Program-made: the position numbers and the translations under genes
Assembly: GCA_017889625.1 (NCBI GenBank)
Contig: JAGGAD010000002.1
Coordinates: 119,940 to 183,939, forward strand
Origin: Bacillota bacterium
GTDB taxonomy: Bacteria > Bacillota > Negativicutes > Sporomusales > CTSoil-080
Direction: 5' to 3'
Length of the DNA stretch: 64,000 nt
Shown: positions 1 to 8,815 of the stretch, in pieces
How positions within the stretch are numbered: the stretch's first letter is position 1
Layout of the letters: every line of letters begins with the position of its first letter
The notes under the pieces: generated by a model
What the model was told of the DNA's origin: nothing
The model's database searches: none
Seen by the model: only the letters and a program-made list of their open reading frames with translations

Positions 1-1
1 A

Positions 2-166
2 TTAAGTTTCGGCTTGGGTGGCGTAGGAACCGCCCTTACCGGTGCTGTGGCTGATAGTATCGGGTTGCGAAGCGCACTTCTCTTAGCTGTAATTCCGGTT
101 GTTCTAGCTGTCTTAATTGCTGGTATTATTCCTGCCACAGAGAAAAAAGTAGAGCGAATGGTATAA
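2..166 (+). CDS. C-terminal fragment of a membrane transporter (MFS-like), cut by the window edge
   Basis: The frame is open from the window edge to TAA at 164-166. The translation LSFGLGGVGTALTGAVADSIGLRSALLLAVIPVVLAVLIAGIIP is a Gly-rich loop plus a hydrophobic helix. The family call is weak. Confidence 0.4.
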   Translation, partial: LSFGLGGVGTALTGAVADSIGLRSALLLAVIPVVLAVLIAGIIPATEKKVERMV

Positions 167-371
167 ATGTAGGTTGAAAATTCAATTTATATTCATGGAT
201 AAATTGAAGCACTAGACAACTATAAAGCATCATAGTAGCATAAAGCAAATTGATGGACCGATCAGAAAAATGAAGGCCGGAGTTACCTGATATAGGTAGC
301 TTTGGCCTTTTTGTTTTTTGGGGGGCAATCTTATGGGTGGGATTAGTTTGATTAAACGGGATTAAACGAAA

Positions 372-1109
372 CTAAAATTCGGCTAATTTTTTCAGACGAC
401 TGATTATTTTTTTTTCAGGAAAATCTTTTACATAGCCGGTTAGAGAAAGCTCATCATTAATTAAAGTGCCTGACAAAATTAATGTAAAGTTATTTAGCTT
501 TAATATTGATTTTCCCGGTGCAAATTTAGTTACATCCAATACGGCGGAGGCTGGGTTTGAAGAAATATCGCAGTGACCTATGAAATAAAATACCGAAGAA
601 CTACCTGCGATACTATTACCATGAATAACTGCTGTGCCGAAACTCATAAATTTAGGATTTACAGTAAAACATATACCCCAAAGTTGTTTTGGCATAGTTT
701 CAATATTGTTTTTCAAAATTTCTTTTACATCAACACAATGCTGTTGGACCTTTTGTAGTAGATCGTTATCATTAAATGGCTTTAGTATATAATCTTTGGC
801 GCCTAGCTTTATTGTTTTCGTTATAACAATTTTATCCAAATCTCCCGAAAGAATTAAAATTGGCGGCAAAAAACTAGCTTTAATTTTTCTCATTCTAGCT
901 AATACATCAACCCCGTTAGCACTAGGTAAATTTATGTCCAATATGATAAGTCCGACATCTTTATATTTCCAAAGATCTTGAAAATATTTCTCGGCATCTA
1001 TAAGTTCTAGCACGTGGAACCCGTTCTTTTCTAGTATGCTTTTTATCTGAAGACGAATTATTTTAGAACTATCAATAATTAATACCTTTTTACTATAAGA
1101 AGTAGCCAA
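372..1109 (-). CDS. Orphan response regulator: CheY-like receiver plus an uncharacterised C-terminal domain of about 120 aa
   Basis: Receiver motifs are present (KKVLIIDSS, LIILDINLP, ILILSG, AKDYILKPF). The ORF-track start at 1142 is probably too long, because AAGGAGGG (1117-1124, minus strand) lies 7 nt before a TTG at 1109. Confidence 0.8.
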   Translation of the reverse strand: MATSYSKKVLIIDSSKIIRLQIKSILEKNGFHVLELIDAEKYFQDLWKYKDVGLIILDINLPSANGVDVLARMRKIKASFLPPILILSGDLDKIVITKTIKLGAKDYILKPFNDNDLLQKVQQHCVDVKEILKNNIETMPKQLWGICFTVNPKFMSFGTAVIHGNSIAGSSSVFYFIGHCDISSNPASAVLDVTKFAPGKSILKLNNFTLILSGTLINDELSLTGYVKDFPEKKIISRLKKLAEF

Positions 1110-1676
1110 GTAGACGCCCTCCTTTGGGAAGCAAGCTATCAAATAACTGCAAGTGTTTTAATCTATTTTGTATTATTGACCAATACCCCCAATTAGTACA
1201 TGTAAAGGTGGTTTAGCATTAAAGCATTACATCATATTTTGCGATGATATTGAGATAATTACACATTATATTCACCTAGTTTCACAATAAGTGAAGAATC
1301 TTGATTTGCCGGAGGATAGAGGAGGTTGAAGAATTGGATGGTAGGCATAAAATGGAATTTTTGGAAAATGTTTTGCGGGTGGTTTTCAAACGATTATAAT
1401 GAAAAAAACAAAAGGATTTTGTAGTATTTTGCTCGAAAAACATAATATAGGTACAGCAAAAGTGGCGGCTCAGATTATTCGCTGATCCTTCTTAAGCAAG
1501 TCAGAGTAGATATGGCTTCCCCTAAAACTATTGAAATGACGTTGCGGATGTTCTCACGGTTGTTGGACGAATTAGAAAAGGTCGTAGTGATTCAGAGGTA
1601 CATAGTTCAATTTGAAAACGCTACAAGGTTAGATATGCAAAAATATACTAAGCTAATATGAGGAGGAATTTGACGG

Positions 1677-2492
1677 ATGAACTTGATTTATCGTGGCAAG
1701 AAAATGATTTATTTATTATTGGTTTGTGGTTTTTGGGGAATTGGCGCTGGCACTAACACGGTGGCTTTGGCCGCTGATACAGGGACTGTAAGCAATGCAG
1801 AGGAAAGCCATGTCATTCTTTATCCTGCCGGTTATGTCACTAATAATGAGGGGGCTTCTTCATATAGCGGAATTGGCAATGTCGACAAATCGCCGTACTA
1901 TTGTTCTCAGGATTATTATAATTTAAAGTCAAGTGGTACATTAACGATTTTGTCCAACTATAAGACTTATCAACAAACTACCGAGATAACTTGTGGTCCG
2001 GCGGCGGCGTTAACGGTGTTGAACCATTATGGTAATACTAGCTGGGATGAACTGAAAATCGCTAAAATAATGGGGACGAAACCAGGAACAGGTACCGATA
2101 CTAAAGGGATGGTAAAGTTTTTTAAGATGATTGGCTGGGAGGTTAATTCCAGCTTAACCGCGGCAAATAAAAATGGCGCTTCGTTTGCAACTGAGCAAGA
2201 TTTTAAAAGTTTTGTAATAGCAAATTTGAAAAATAATACTCCGATAATAGTTGAAAATATTGATTGGGGTGGGCACTGGCGAGTTATTATTGGCTATGAT
2301 ACGATGGGAACAGATACAATCGCGGATGATGTTCTGATTATGGCAGATTCGTATGATACAGGAGATCATTATCAGGATGGTTATATTGTAAATCCGGTAG
2401 AAAAATTCTATTATATGTGGTTTGATGCGCATATGCTTCCGCTGGGTCAGCAGCAACAGCAGTGGATTGTAGCTAAACCGCCGTTGTCGTAA
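1677..2492 (+). CDS. Secreted papain-like cysteine peptidase, C39-like/BtrH-like domain
   Basis: The RBS AGGAGGA precedes the ATG. There is an N-terminal signal peptide (LLLVCGFWGIGAGTNTVALA), and the catalytic-Cys context EITCGPAAALTVLNHYG is typical of the C39-like fold. Confidence 0.65.
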   Translation: MNLIYRGKKMIYLLLVCGFWGIGAGTNTVALAADTGTVSNAEESHVILYPAGYVTNNEGASSYSGIGNVDKSPYYCSQDYYNLKSSGTLTILSNYKTYQQTTEITCGPAAALTVLNHYGNTSWDELKIAKIMGTKPGTGTDTKGMVKFFKMIGWEVNSSLTAANKNGASFATEQDFKSFVIANLKNNTPIIVENIDWGGHWRVIIGYDTMGTDTIADDVLIMADSYDTGDHYQDGYIVNPVEKFYYMWFDAHMLPLGQQQQQWIVAKPPLS

Positions 2493-2527
2493 AATGCAAT
2501 AACAATATTGTTACTTATATGTTAAAT

Positions 2528-2580
2528 GCCGTAAAAATAAATGCTCCAGCCAATCGTGGCTGGAGCATTTATTTTTACGG
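2528..2580. terminator. Bidirectional intrinsic terminator
   Basis: Perfect long inverted repeat ccgtaaaaataaatgctccagcc / ggctggagcatttatttttacgg with A/T runs on both sides. Confidence 0.8.
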
Positions 2581-2610
2581 CGAATTAGTATTTGCTGGTT
2601 TTAACAAAGA

Positions 2611-2747
2611 ACATAAACTAATATAAACTAACATAAACAAATTAAAATGCTTATTCATATTGATTTTTATTTGAAAATATAGTAAATTATATACTGTAAA
2701 TGGAAAATATATAAACTAAAGGAAACAATGTTAAACTAAGGAAAACG
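2611..2747 (+). repeat. Phased direct repeats of (A/T)TAAAC(T/A)AA upstream of the import operon
   Basis: Three tandem 10-mers (acataaacta atataaacta acataaacaa) lie at 2611-2640. Two 17-mers, ataaactaaaggaaaca (2711-2727) and ttaaactaaggaaaacg (2731-2747), are spaced 20 nt apart. Confidence 0.6.
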
Positions 2748-2762
2748 TTGTGATGGCTGTAA

Positions 2763-2801
2763 CCTAATTGATGCAAATTACATCGATTAGGATTTTTTTT
2801 T
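2763..2801 (+). promoter_or_regulatory. Terminator-like hairpin plus a 9-T run abutting the RBS of the first operon gene (candidate attenuator)
   Basis: cctaattgatg (2763-2773) pairs with catcgattagg (2781-2791), giving 11 bp with one G-U. The T run at 2793-2801 is followed by GGAGGGG at 2802-2808 and the ATG at 2812. Confidence 0.5.
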
Positions 2802-2811
2802 GGAGGGGAAG

Positions 2812-3921
2812 ATGAATAAGACAAGAGTATTGGTATTTGTGGTTGTTAGTATTTTGCTAATTTTCTTAAGCGGATGTGGAGACAAGACGGCGAGTATCAG
2901 CAATACCAGTCAGGAAGCGGCTGGTAGTCGGGTTATAACCGATATGGCGGGACGTACAGTATTATTGCCGCAGCAGCTTAAAAAAGTTTATCCGGTCAGC
3001 CCGGTGGAAGCCATTATGCTGTATACCATTGATCCTGAACTGCTGGCTGGATGGAGCTACCATATGGCTTCGGATGAAGTACGGTTTATTTTGCCTAAAT
3101 ACCGGGATTTGCCAGTGGTTAGCTGGATTGACCGGGGTTCTACCGGTAATATAGAGGAAATCATCAAGACTAAACCTGATGCAATTTTGTTGATGACGGA
3201 TATAACGGAAGTGAATAAAAAATTTGCGGATGATATGGAACAACTGACCCAAATACCGGTAATAATGTTGGACAAGGATTTACCAAAAATGGAGCAAGCG
3301 TTTTTGGTTGCCGGTAAGGCATTGGATCGTGAAGCCCAAACGGCTGAACTGGCTCAATATTGCCGAGAAACTTTTGCGATGGTGCAAGCGAAAAAACCGT
3401 TGGTAGCGGAACGTAAGCCGATAGGGGTTTATTATGCCGAGGGACGTGGTGGGCTGGAAACTGAACCGCGTGGTTCCTGGCATGCCGAGATTATCGAATT
3501 TGTCGGCGGGGTTAATGTTGCCGATTCTGATTTGCCAGCTAGCGGAAAAATTGGTCGCAGTCCGGTGTCATTGGAACAGGTAATGAACTGGAATCCGGAA
3601 GTTGTTTTGATTGGGTATTTCCGTGATGGCGAATCGAGCAGCTTTCCGCAGATCATAAGTAACCAGGAATGGCGGGATATTCGGGCCGTTCGCGACCGGC
3701 GGGTATATGAAATTCCGACAGCACCGTTTAATTGGTTTGATCGTCCGCCAGCGGTCAACCGGCTTATCGGAATAAGATGGGTAGCTAATGTATTATATCC
3801 GGATATCTATCCGTTTGATTTTCGTGCGGAAGTAAAACGGTTTTATTCGCTTTTTTATCACTACCAATTGTCGGACCAGGAAGTAGACCAGTTGGCAAAT
3901 CGAGCCAGTGTGAACCAATAA
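2812..3921 (+). CDS. ABC transporter periplasmic substrate-binding lipoprotein, Fe-siderophore/heme/cobalamin (FecB/BtuF-like) family
   Basis: There is a lipobox (LIFLSGCG), and the length and sequence are typical of Peripla_BP_2 proteins. The true start is the ATG at 2812, after GGAGGGG; the ORF-track start at 2800 contains the RBS. Confidence 0.8.
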   Translation: MNKTRVLVFVVVSILLIFLSGCGDKTASISNTSQEAAGSRVITDMAGRTVLLPQQLKKVYPVSPVEAIMLYTIDPELLAGWSYHMASDEVRFILPKYRDLPVVSWIDRGSTGNIEEIIKTKPDAILLMTDITEVNKKFADDMEQLTQIPVIMLDKDLPKMEQAFLVAGKALDREAQTAELAQYCRETFAMVQAKKPLVAERKPIGVYYAEGRGGLETEPRGSWHAEIIEFVGGVNVADSDLPASGKIGRSPVSLEQVMNWNPEVVLIGYFRDGESSSFPQIISNQEWRDIRAVRDRRVYEIPTAPFNWFDRPPAVNRLIGIRWVANVLYPDIYPFDFRAEVKRFYSLFYHYQLSDQEVDQLANRASVNQ

Positions 3922-3949
3922 TTTTAATATAGATGAAAGAAGGGATAGC

Positions 3950-4957
3950 ATGAAATGCAATTATTGTGAATGGCGCTGTGAATTGGAAAACGGTAAATAT
4001 GGGGTGTGCCGCATGTACTATGAAGCTGACGGGGCAATACAAGAACGTTTTCCGAATAAATGGTGCACATACTCAATCATGCGGATCGAATCAGTGCCGT
4101 TTTATCATGCTTATCCTGGCAGCCGGAGCATGGCGATTGGTACGGCTGGCTGTAATATGGAATGCCGTTATTGCGTCAATTCCTTTATTGCCAGGGAAGA
4201 TCCGGCTAAAGTGCAAGAAAAAATGTTCGAATTTGCCCCGGAGGAACTGGTAAAAATGGCGGTTAAACGAGGCTGTCATAATATTGTGTTCAATGTAAAT
4301 GAACCAGCGGTATCGTTGCCGTCGCTATTGGAGGTTTCACGGGTAGCAAAACGGGCCGGGTTGCCGATGGGATGTCTTACTAATGCTTATACCACTGAGT
4401 ATGGAACAGAATTGCTAGCGAAAATTTTTTCCTTTGTCAATATCAGTCTTAAGGGGCTGTCATCGGAGTTTTGTCGAGAATATTTGGGGGTAACTGAGAG
4501 TAGACCGATTTTACAGAATATCGAACAATTAGCTAAAAGTGTGCACGTTGAAATAACGACTCCTGTTATCCAAGGGGGCAATGATGGGGAAATTGATGAA
4601 ATGGCTAAGTTTTTGGCGGGAGTTGATAAGAATATTCCCTGGCATGTGTTTCGGCTATTGCCGGAATATAAAATGAAGGAAGTGGAGTACCCAAACATTG
4701 AGCATATTAATGCGTCTTTAGATGAAAGCCGCCGGTTATTGCCGTATGTTTACTTTCATAATTTTGTTGGCTCGGATTGGGTTAATACTAGCTGCCCGAA
4801 GTGCGGGGCAATTGTTATTAAACGATTTAGTCTGGGGTGCGGTGGTGACAAGTTAGAAAGTTATAACTGCCAGGGCAATGCCTGCCCGGACTGTGGCTAT
4901 ATTATCCATATTCATGGCAAACGAATGGCGTGGAATTCGAAGGAGGGAGCAGTATGA
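3950..4957 (+). CDS. Radical SAM enzyme, PflA/AmmeMemoRadiSam-like, with a C-terminal Cys-rich ribbon
   Basis: The CX3CX2C motif CNMECRYC lies at nt 4151-4174. The N-terminal CNYCEWRCELENGKYGVCRMY motif is typical of COG1180-type activases. The C-terminus carries CPKCG...CQGNACPDCG. Confidence 0.8.
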   Translation: MKCNYCEWRCELENGKYGVCRMYYEADGAIQERFPNKWCTYSIMRIESVPFYHAYPGSRSMAIGTAGCNMECRYCVNSFIAREDPAKVQEKMFEFAPEELVKMAVKRGCHNIVFNVNEPAVSLPSLLEVSRVAKRAGLPMGCLTNAYTTEYGTELLAKIFSFVNISLKGLSSEFCREYLGVTESRPILQNIEQLAKSVHVEITTPVIQGGNDGEIDEMAKFLAGVDKNIPWHVFRLLPEYKMKEVEYPNIEHINASLDESRRLLPYVYFHNFVGSDWVNTSCPKCGAIVIKRFSLGCGGDKLESYNCQGNACPDCGYIIHIHGKRMAWNSKEGAV

Positions 4958-6075
4958 GTATAGCAATCATTGATGCAAGAGAATGGCAAAATATTTTTGA
5001 TCTTCGGACCGGGGGCAAGCGAACGGATAATTTGCCGAACATCCAGATGGTAAAGTCAGTACTTGAGAAACATCCCTATCCCGGTGATCTTGATCCGAGG
5101 GGGAATAAATGGGTAACGGATACTGCTTTGGATTTAGTTAACCGGTATGAGCCCAATCTTGTATTTTTGACCTATGCTCAGCAATACTACCGATTTCGGT
5201 TTGAATGTCCGGATGAAGCCGTGCGGCAAGCGTTAATTGACGAAGTATTTGCCGAGGTGGAACGGTTCAGTAAAGAATCGGGGTTTGTGCCGGTAGTTGT
5301 TGGAACCGGTGACTTAGTGGAAGTAAAAGAGTATATTGATTTAAGTAATTTGGAGGGGATAGGGATAACCAGTCATTGGTTAACCAGATATGCTGGACTA
5401 TATGATGTAAGTCCAGCTGATTGGCGATTTTTAGAGAGTCATGCCGGGATTGAAAAGGTAGTAAGCAAAAAAAATTTCATAGAGTTATTTAGCGGTGAAC
5501 CGGTTGTCGCTGACCAACTGCCGGACTATCTCGCGATAGCCCATGAAGAGTATTGTTTCCGGTCGACGCTGCTTCGGCAGCCGCTTATGATGTCGGCAAA
5601 TAATTACTCTATTCCGATAGCTGGGCCGATCAATGGCGTAAAGTCAATTGTGGACATCAGCGGTCGAGTTGATGAGATACTGCGGGATAAAAAAGTTGCC
5701 ATGATTTTTGTCGAAGGAGTTGGCTTGCGGGACTTTCGCCTGCCGTACGCTGTTTGCTCAAATGGGAAGGGATGGTATGCCTATGAGAATGGCGAGACTC
5801 AGTATTTGACAATAAGCACCGGTAGACATCAGGTATTTGCTTATCCGCCAGGAAATCGCTCGTTAAGTGAGTATGATGAAAATAAAGAATATCCTTTCTC
5901 GGGCTACTTTACGGCTATTCCCAGCGGGACAATTGGCGAAAGGTTTGGTGGCAAAAGTGTTGCGGTGGGAAACCGGAGTATGTTTATGCATACCGTTACC
6001 GGAACAGATATTGCGATTGAGTGTTTTGCCAGGAACTTGTCTAATCAAGGGTGCTTAGGCGTAATTCATCGCTAA
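4954..6075 (+). CDS. Conserved-looking hypothetical protein (373 aa), no motif recognised
   Basis: The ATG at 4954 follows GGAGGGAG and overlaps the upstream stop by 4 nt (ATGA), consistent with translational coupling. It has no TM segment or signal peptide. Confidence 0.6.
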   Translation: MSIAIIDAREWQNIFDLRTGGKRTDNLPNIQMVKSVLEKHPYPGDLDPRGNKWVTDTALDLVNRYEPNLVFLTYAQQYYRFRFECPDEAVRQALIDEVFAEVERFSKESGFVPVVVGTGDLVEVKEYIDLSNLEGIGITSHWLTRYAGLYDVSPADWRFLESHAGIEKVVSKKNFIELFSGEPVVADQLPDYLAIAHEEYCFRSTLLRQPLMMSANNYSIPIAGPINGVKSIVDISGRVDEILRDKKVAMIFVEGVGLRDFRLPYAVCSNGKGWYAYENGETQYLTISTGRHQVFAYPPGNRSLSEYDENKEYPFSGYFTAIPSGTIGERFGGKSVAVGNRSMFMHTVTGTDIAIECFARNLSNQGCLGVIHR

Positions 6076-6106
6076 AATAAATAGAAGGATATTGGAGGTT
6101 GAAAAA

Positions 6107-6706
6107 ATGGGGATTGAACAACAGCCGGATTGGCAGAAAGTTGTAGAATTTCATGGACATGTTTGTCCAGGTCTGGCAATTGGCTATCGTTTGGCTAAGG
6201 CCGCCTTGATGGCGCTAGGGTATGAAAATCCGGAAGATGGTGATTTGGTGACAATCGCGGAAAGCGACCGATGTACGATTGATCCATTCCAAATTGTTCT
6301 CGGCTGTACGATGGGTAAGGGAAAGTTGCATATGAATGTTACTGGCAAACAAGCGTTTACGGTAGGCTGCCGCAAGAAAGGTCTCGCGGTACGGGTGGTG
6401 CAATTGCCTCACGAATATTCTGCCGAAAGCGATGCTTTAACTAAGAAAGTCATGAGCGGTAAGGCATCGGATGTTGAGTACCGGATGTTCAAAAAAGAAC
6501 GGGAGAACCGGATCCAGGAAATTCTGACGATGCCGGATGCAGCTTTGCTAAAAGTAGAAACGGTAGCAAGTGTTTTACCTGAAAAAGAAACCATTTATAA
6601 CTCGCCCTGTTGTGCGTATTGCGGCGAACAAGTGATGGAACCATGGACGCGATTGCGTGATGGTAAAATTTCTTGTATTCAATGCGCAGTGACTGCTAAT
6701 AGGTAA
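6107..6706 (+). CDS. FmdE-domain protein with a C-terminal zinc-ribbon
   Basis: FHGHVCPGLAIGYR is the FmdE/FwdE family signature. The C-terminal CCAYCGEQV...ISCIQC forms a Cys4 ribbon. GGAGG precedes the ATG at 6107. Confidence 0.8.
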   Translation: MGIEQQPDWQKVVEFHGHVCPGLAIGYRLAKAALMALGYENPEDGDLVTIAESDRCTIDPFQIVLGCTMGKGKLHMNVTGKQAFTVGCRKKGLAVRVVQLPHEYSAESDALTKKVMSGKASDVEYRMFKKERENRIQEILTMPDAALLKVETVASVLPEKETIYNSPCCAYCGEQVMEPWTRLRDGKISCIQCAVTANR

Positions 6707-6717
6707 TGGAGGAAACT

Positions 6718-7704
6718 ATGAATCATTTTCTACATCCATTGTATTTACCACTTGCTGATGATCCAACACCATTATCAGCCTTATCGATGAATCGTATGTT
6801 GCATGAGAGTATTAGCCAGGCCCTGAAATTTGGCATTTTTGAACAATTAAAAACTGCCCGATCATATGCTGAAGTGGCTGAGTTGCTGAAATTTGATCCC
6901 CAGGTAACATATTATCTTTTGAAGGCACTGGTTGAATTGGGGTGTCTTGCGGAAGAGGATGGGCGCTTTTTTGATACACCGATGGCTGAGGCTTATTTAA
7001 CGAAAGATAGCTGTTTGTATTTGGGACATGAATTTACTGCTTTAGCGGGAGACTTGTTTGGCGGATTACTGGCCAAGCGCCTGAAAGGGAAAAATGGTGA
7101 CAAGCCACCAGAGCCGGAGTGGAGCCAAGAACGCCTACGCCAGCTGGGGGTGCTTGGACTGATGGGATCGATTCAGAGTGTGGTGGAGGCCTGTTCATTA
7201 GACAATGCACGGACGTTCTTGGATTTAGGCGGCGGGCATGGCTATTACAGTATTGCTTTGGTGCAAAAATATCCTGAACTAAAAGCTACGGTATTTGACC
7301 TGCCGCATATTGTGGAGTTGGCCCGAGCGTTTGCTAAACAATCTGAAGTAGAAGGTCAGGTTGGGTTTATTGGCGGCAATTTCATGACCGATGAGATTGG
7401 CCAGGGGTATGATGCGGTGTTGTGCGCCAATATCTTGCACAGCAGCAAGCGGGATATTGTTTTAAATAAGGTTTATACCGCATTGAATTCTGATGGCAAA
7501 ATTATTGTTAAAACCCGTGTTGCCGATGCCCCGAACAATCTGGAAAATGCGTTTAATAATCTGTTCTGGCAAGTGCGTGGGGGAAAAGAACTGTTTACTA
7601 CTAAGCAATGGCGGGGATTTTTAGCGGAGCATGGCTTCCGTGGGGCGAAGGTGTTTAATATATTCGGTACTTTTGCAACAATTATTGCGCGTAAAGAGGG
7701 GTAA
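6718..7704 (+). CDS. Class I SAM-dependent O-methyltransferase (Methyltransf_2-like, with an N-terminal dimerisation/wHTH domain)
   Basis: The SAM motif LDLGGGHGYYS is followed by an acidic FDLP motif, and the architecture is like COMT/CrtF-type OMTs. The start could be 6706 or 6718; GGAGG at 6708-6712 favours 6718. Confidence 0.75.
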   Translation: MNHFLHPLYLPLADDPTPLSALSMNRMLHESISQALKFGIFEQLKTARSYAEVAELLKFDPQVTYYLLKALVELGCLAEEDGRFFDTPMAEAYLTKDSCLYLGHEFTALAGDLFGGLLAKRLKGKNGDKPPEPEWSQERLRQLGVLGLMGSIQSVVEACSLDNARTFLDLGGGHGYYSIALVQKYPELKATVFDLPHIVELARAFAKQSEVEGQVGFIGGNFMTDEIGQGYDAVLCANILHSSKRDIVLNKVYTALNSDGKIIVKTRVADAPNNLENAFNNLFWQVRGGKELFTTKQWRGFLAEHGFRGAKVFNIFGTFATIIARKEG

Positions 7705-7745
7705 AGATAGCTAACTGATTGCTGCAACGTTCGGAGGTAATACAT

Positions 7746-8759
7746 ATGAAAAATAGACGGACTTCGCTAAAAGTACTAGCTTTGTTGGCAGTGCTGGTAG
7801 TAGCGTTTTTTGGATCGTTTTTAATTGGCCGCTATCCGGTTTCGCCGGATGTGGTTGTGACTATTCTAGTATCGAAAGTAATTTCTTTGCCGCAAATTTG
7901 GACAGACACTATGGAAACGGTGGTCATGAAAATCCGGTTGCCAAGGATTGCGGCGGCCTTATTGGTTGGAGGGGCATTATCTGTTTCTGGAGCGGCCTAC
8001 CAGAATTTATTCCGTAATCCCTTAGTATCGCCGTCGATCTTGGGGGCATCCTGGGGAGCGGGCTTTGGAGCAGTACTAGGGATGATTCTGCACCTTTCAT
8101 GGATATGGGTCGAAGCTTCGGCTTTTATCTTCGCTTTGGTGGCTGTAATCTGTGCTATTTTAATTAGTTCCTATTTTGGCAAAAGCTCTATACTGTCCTT
8201 AGTGCTTGCTGGGATTGTTGTTTCGGCATTTTTCCAGGCGTTGGTTTCGGTGTTGAAATATTTGGCTGATCCAATGAACACGCTGCCGGAAATCAGTTTT
8301 TGGCTGATGGGTGGTCTGTCCAAGGTCACTGAACGGGATGTAGTCTGGTCACTGGTGCCGATAATTATTTCCCTGGTGGTGTTGTACTCGATGCGTTGGC
8401 AAATAAATGTTCTTAGTATCGGTGAAGAAGAAGCGCACACCTTGGGGGTCAATGTTAAGCGAACTAGGTTGGCGGTTTTGGCTTGTGCGACCTTGTTGGC
8501 GGCGGCGGCCACCAGTATTGGCGGTATTATCCAGTGGGTGGGGTTACTCATCCCTCATATGGCGAGGATGCTGTTTGGTGCTAATTTTGTTACGGTACTT
8601 TCGGCATCACTGCTGTTAGGGGGAACATTTATGGTGCTTATGGATAATTTAAGCCGGAGCGTTGCTTCTTTGGAAATACAAGTCGGTATTCTTACCTCAC
8701 TTATTGGGGCACCGGTTTTTGTTTTTCTTTTAGCGCGGGCCAAAAAAGGCTGGGTATAG
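7746..8759 (+). CDS. FecCD-family ABC permease (Fe-siderophore/heme/B12 type)
   Basis: The protein is polytopic, with RLPRIAAALLVGGALSVSGAAYQNLFRNPLVSP typical of FecCD/BtuC. GGAGG precedes the ATG at 7746. Confidence 0.85.
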   Translation: MKNRRTSLKVLALLAVLVVAFFGSFLIGRYPVSPDVVVTILVSKVISLPQIWTDTMETVVMKIRLPRIAAALLVGGALSVSGAAYQNLFRNPLVSPSILGASWGAGFGAVLGMILHLSWIWVEASAFIFALVAVICAILISSYFGKSSILSLVLAGIVVSAFFQALVSVLKYLADPMNTLPEISFWLMGGLSKVTERDVVWSLVPIIISLVVLYSMRWQINVLSIGEEEAHTLGVNVKRTRLAVLACATLLAAAATSIGGIIQWVGLLIPHMARMLFGANFVTVLSASLLLGGTFMVLMDNLSRSVASLEIQVGILTSLIGAPVFVFLLARAKKGWV

Positions 8760-8815
8760 TCAGGTGGTTAGCGGCGAATGATGCTTTGCAGTAACTTTTG
8801 GAGGAGATGGCGGGA

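Noticed and set aside
2611-2640. 10-nt tandem repeats considered as a CRISPR or minisatellite.
   Set aside because: There are only three short units with no spacers and no cas genes. Regulatory phasing or slippage fits better than a CRISPR array.
2581-2811. A possible cobalamin riboswitch or Fur box upstream of the BtuF/FecB-like import operon.
   Set aside because: I found no B12-box-like conserved core and no convincing Fur-type 7-1-7 dyad. Only AT-rich direct repeats and a terminator-like hairpin are present. They are reported separately as unexplained.
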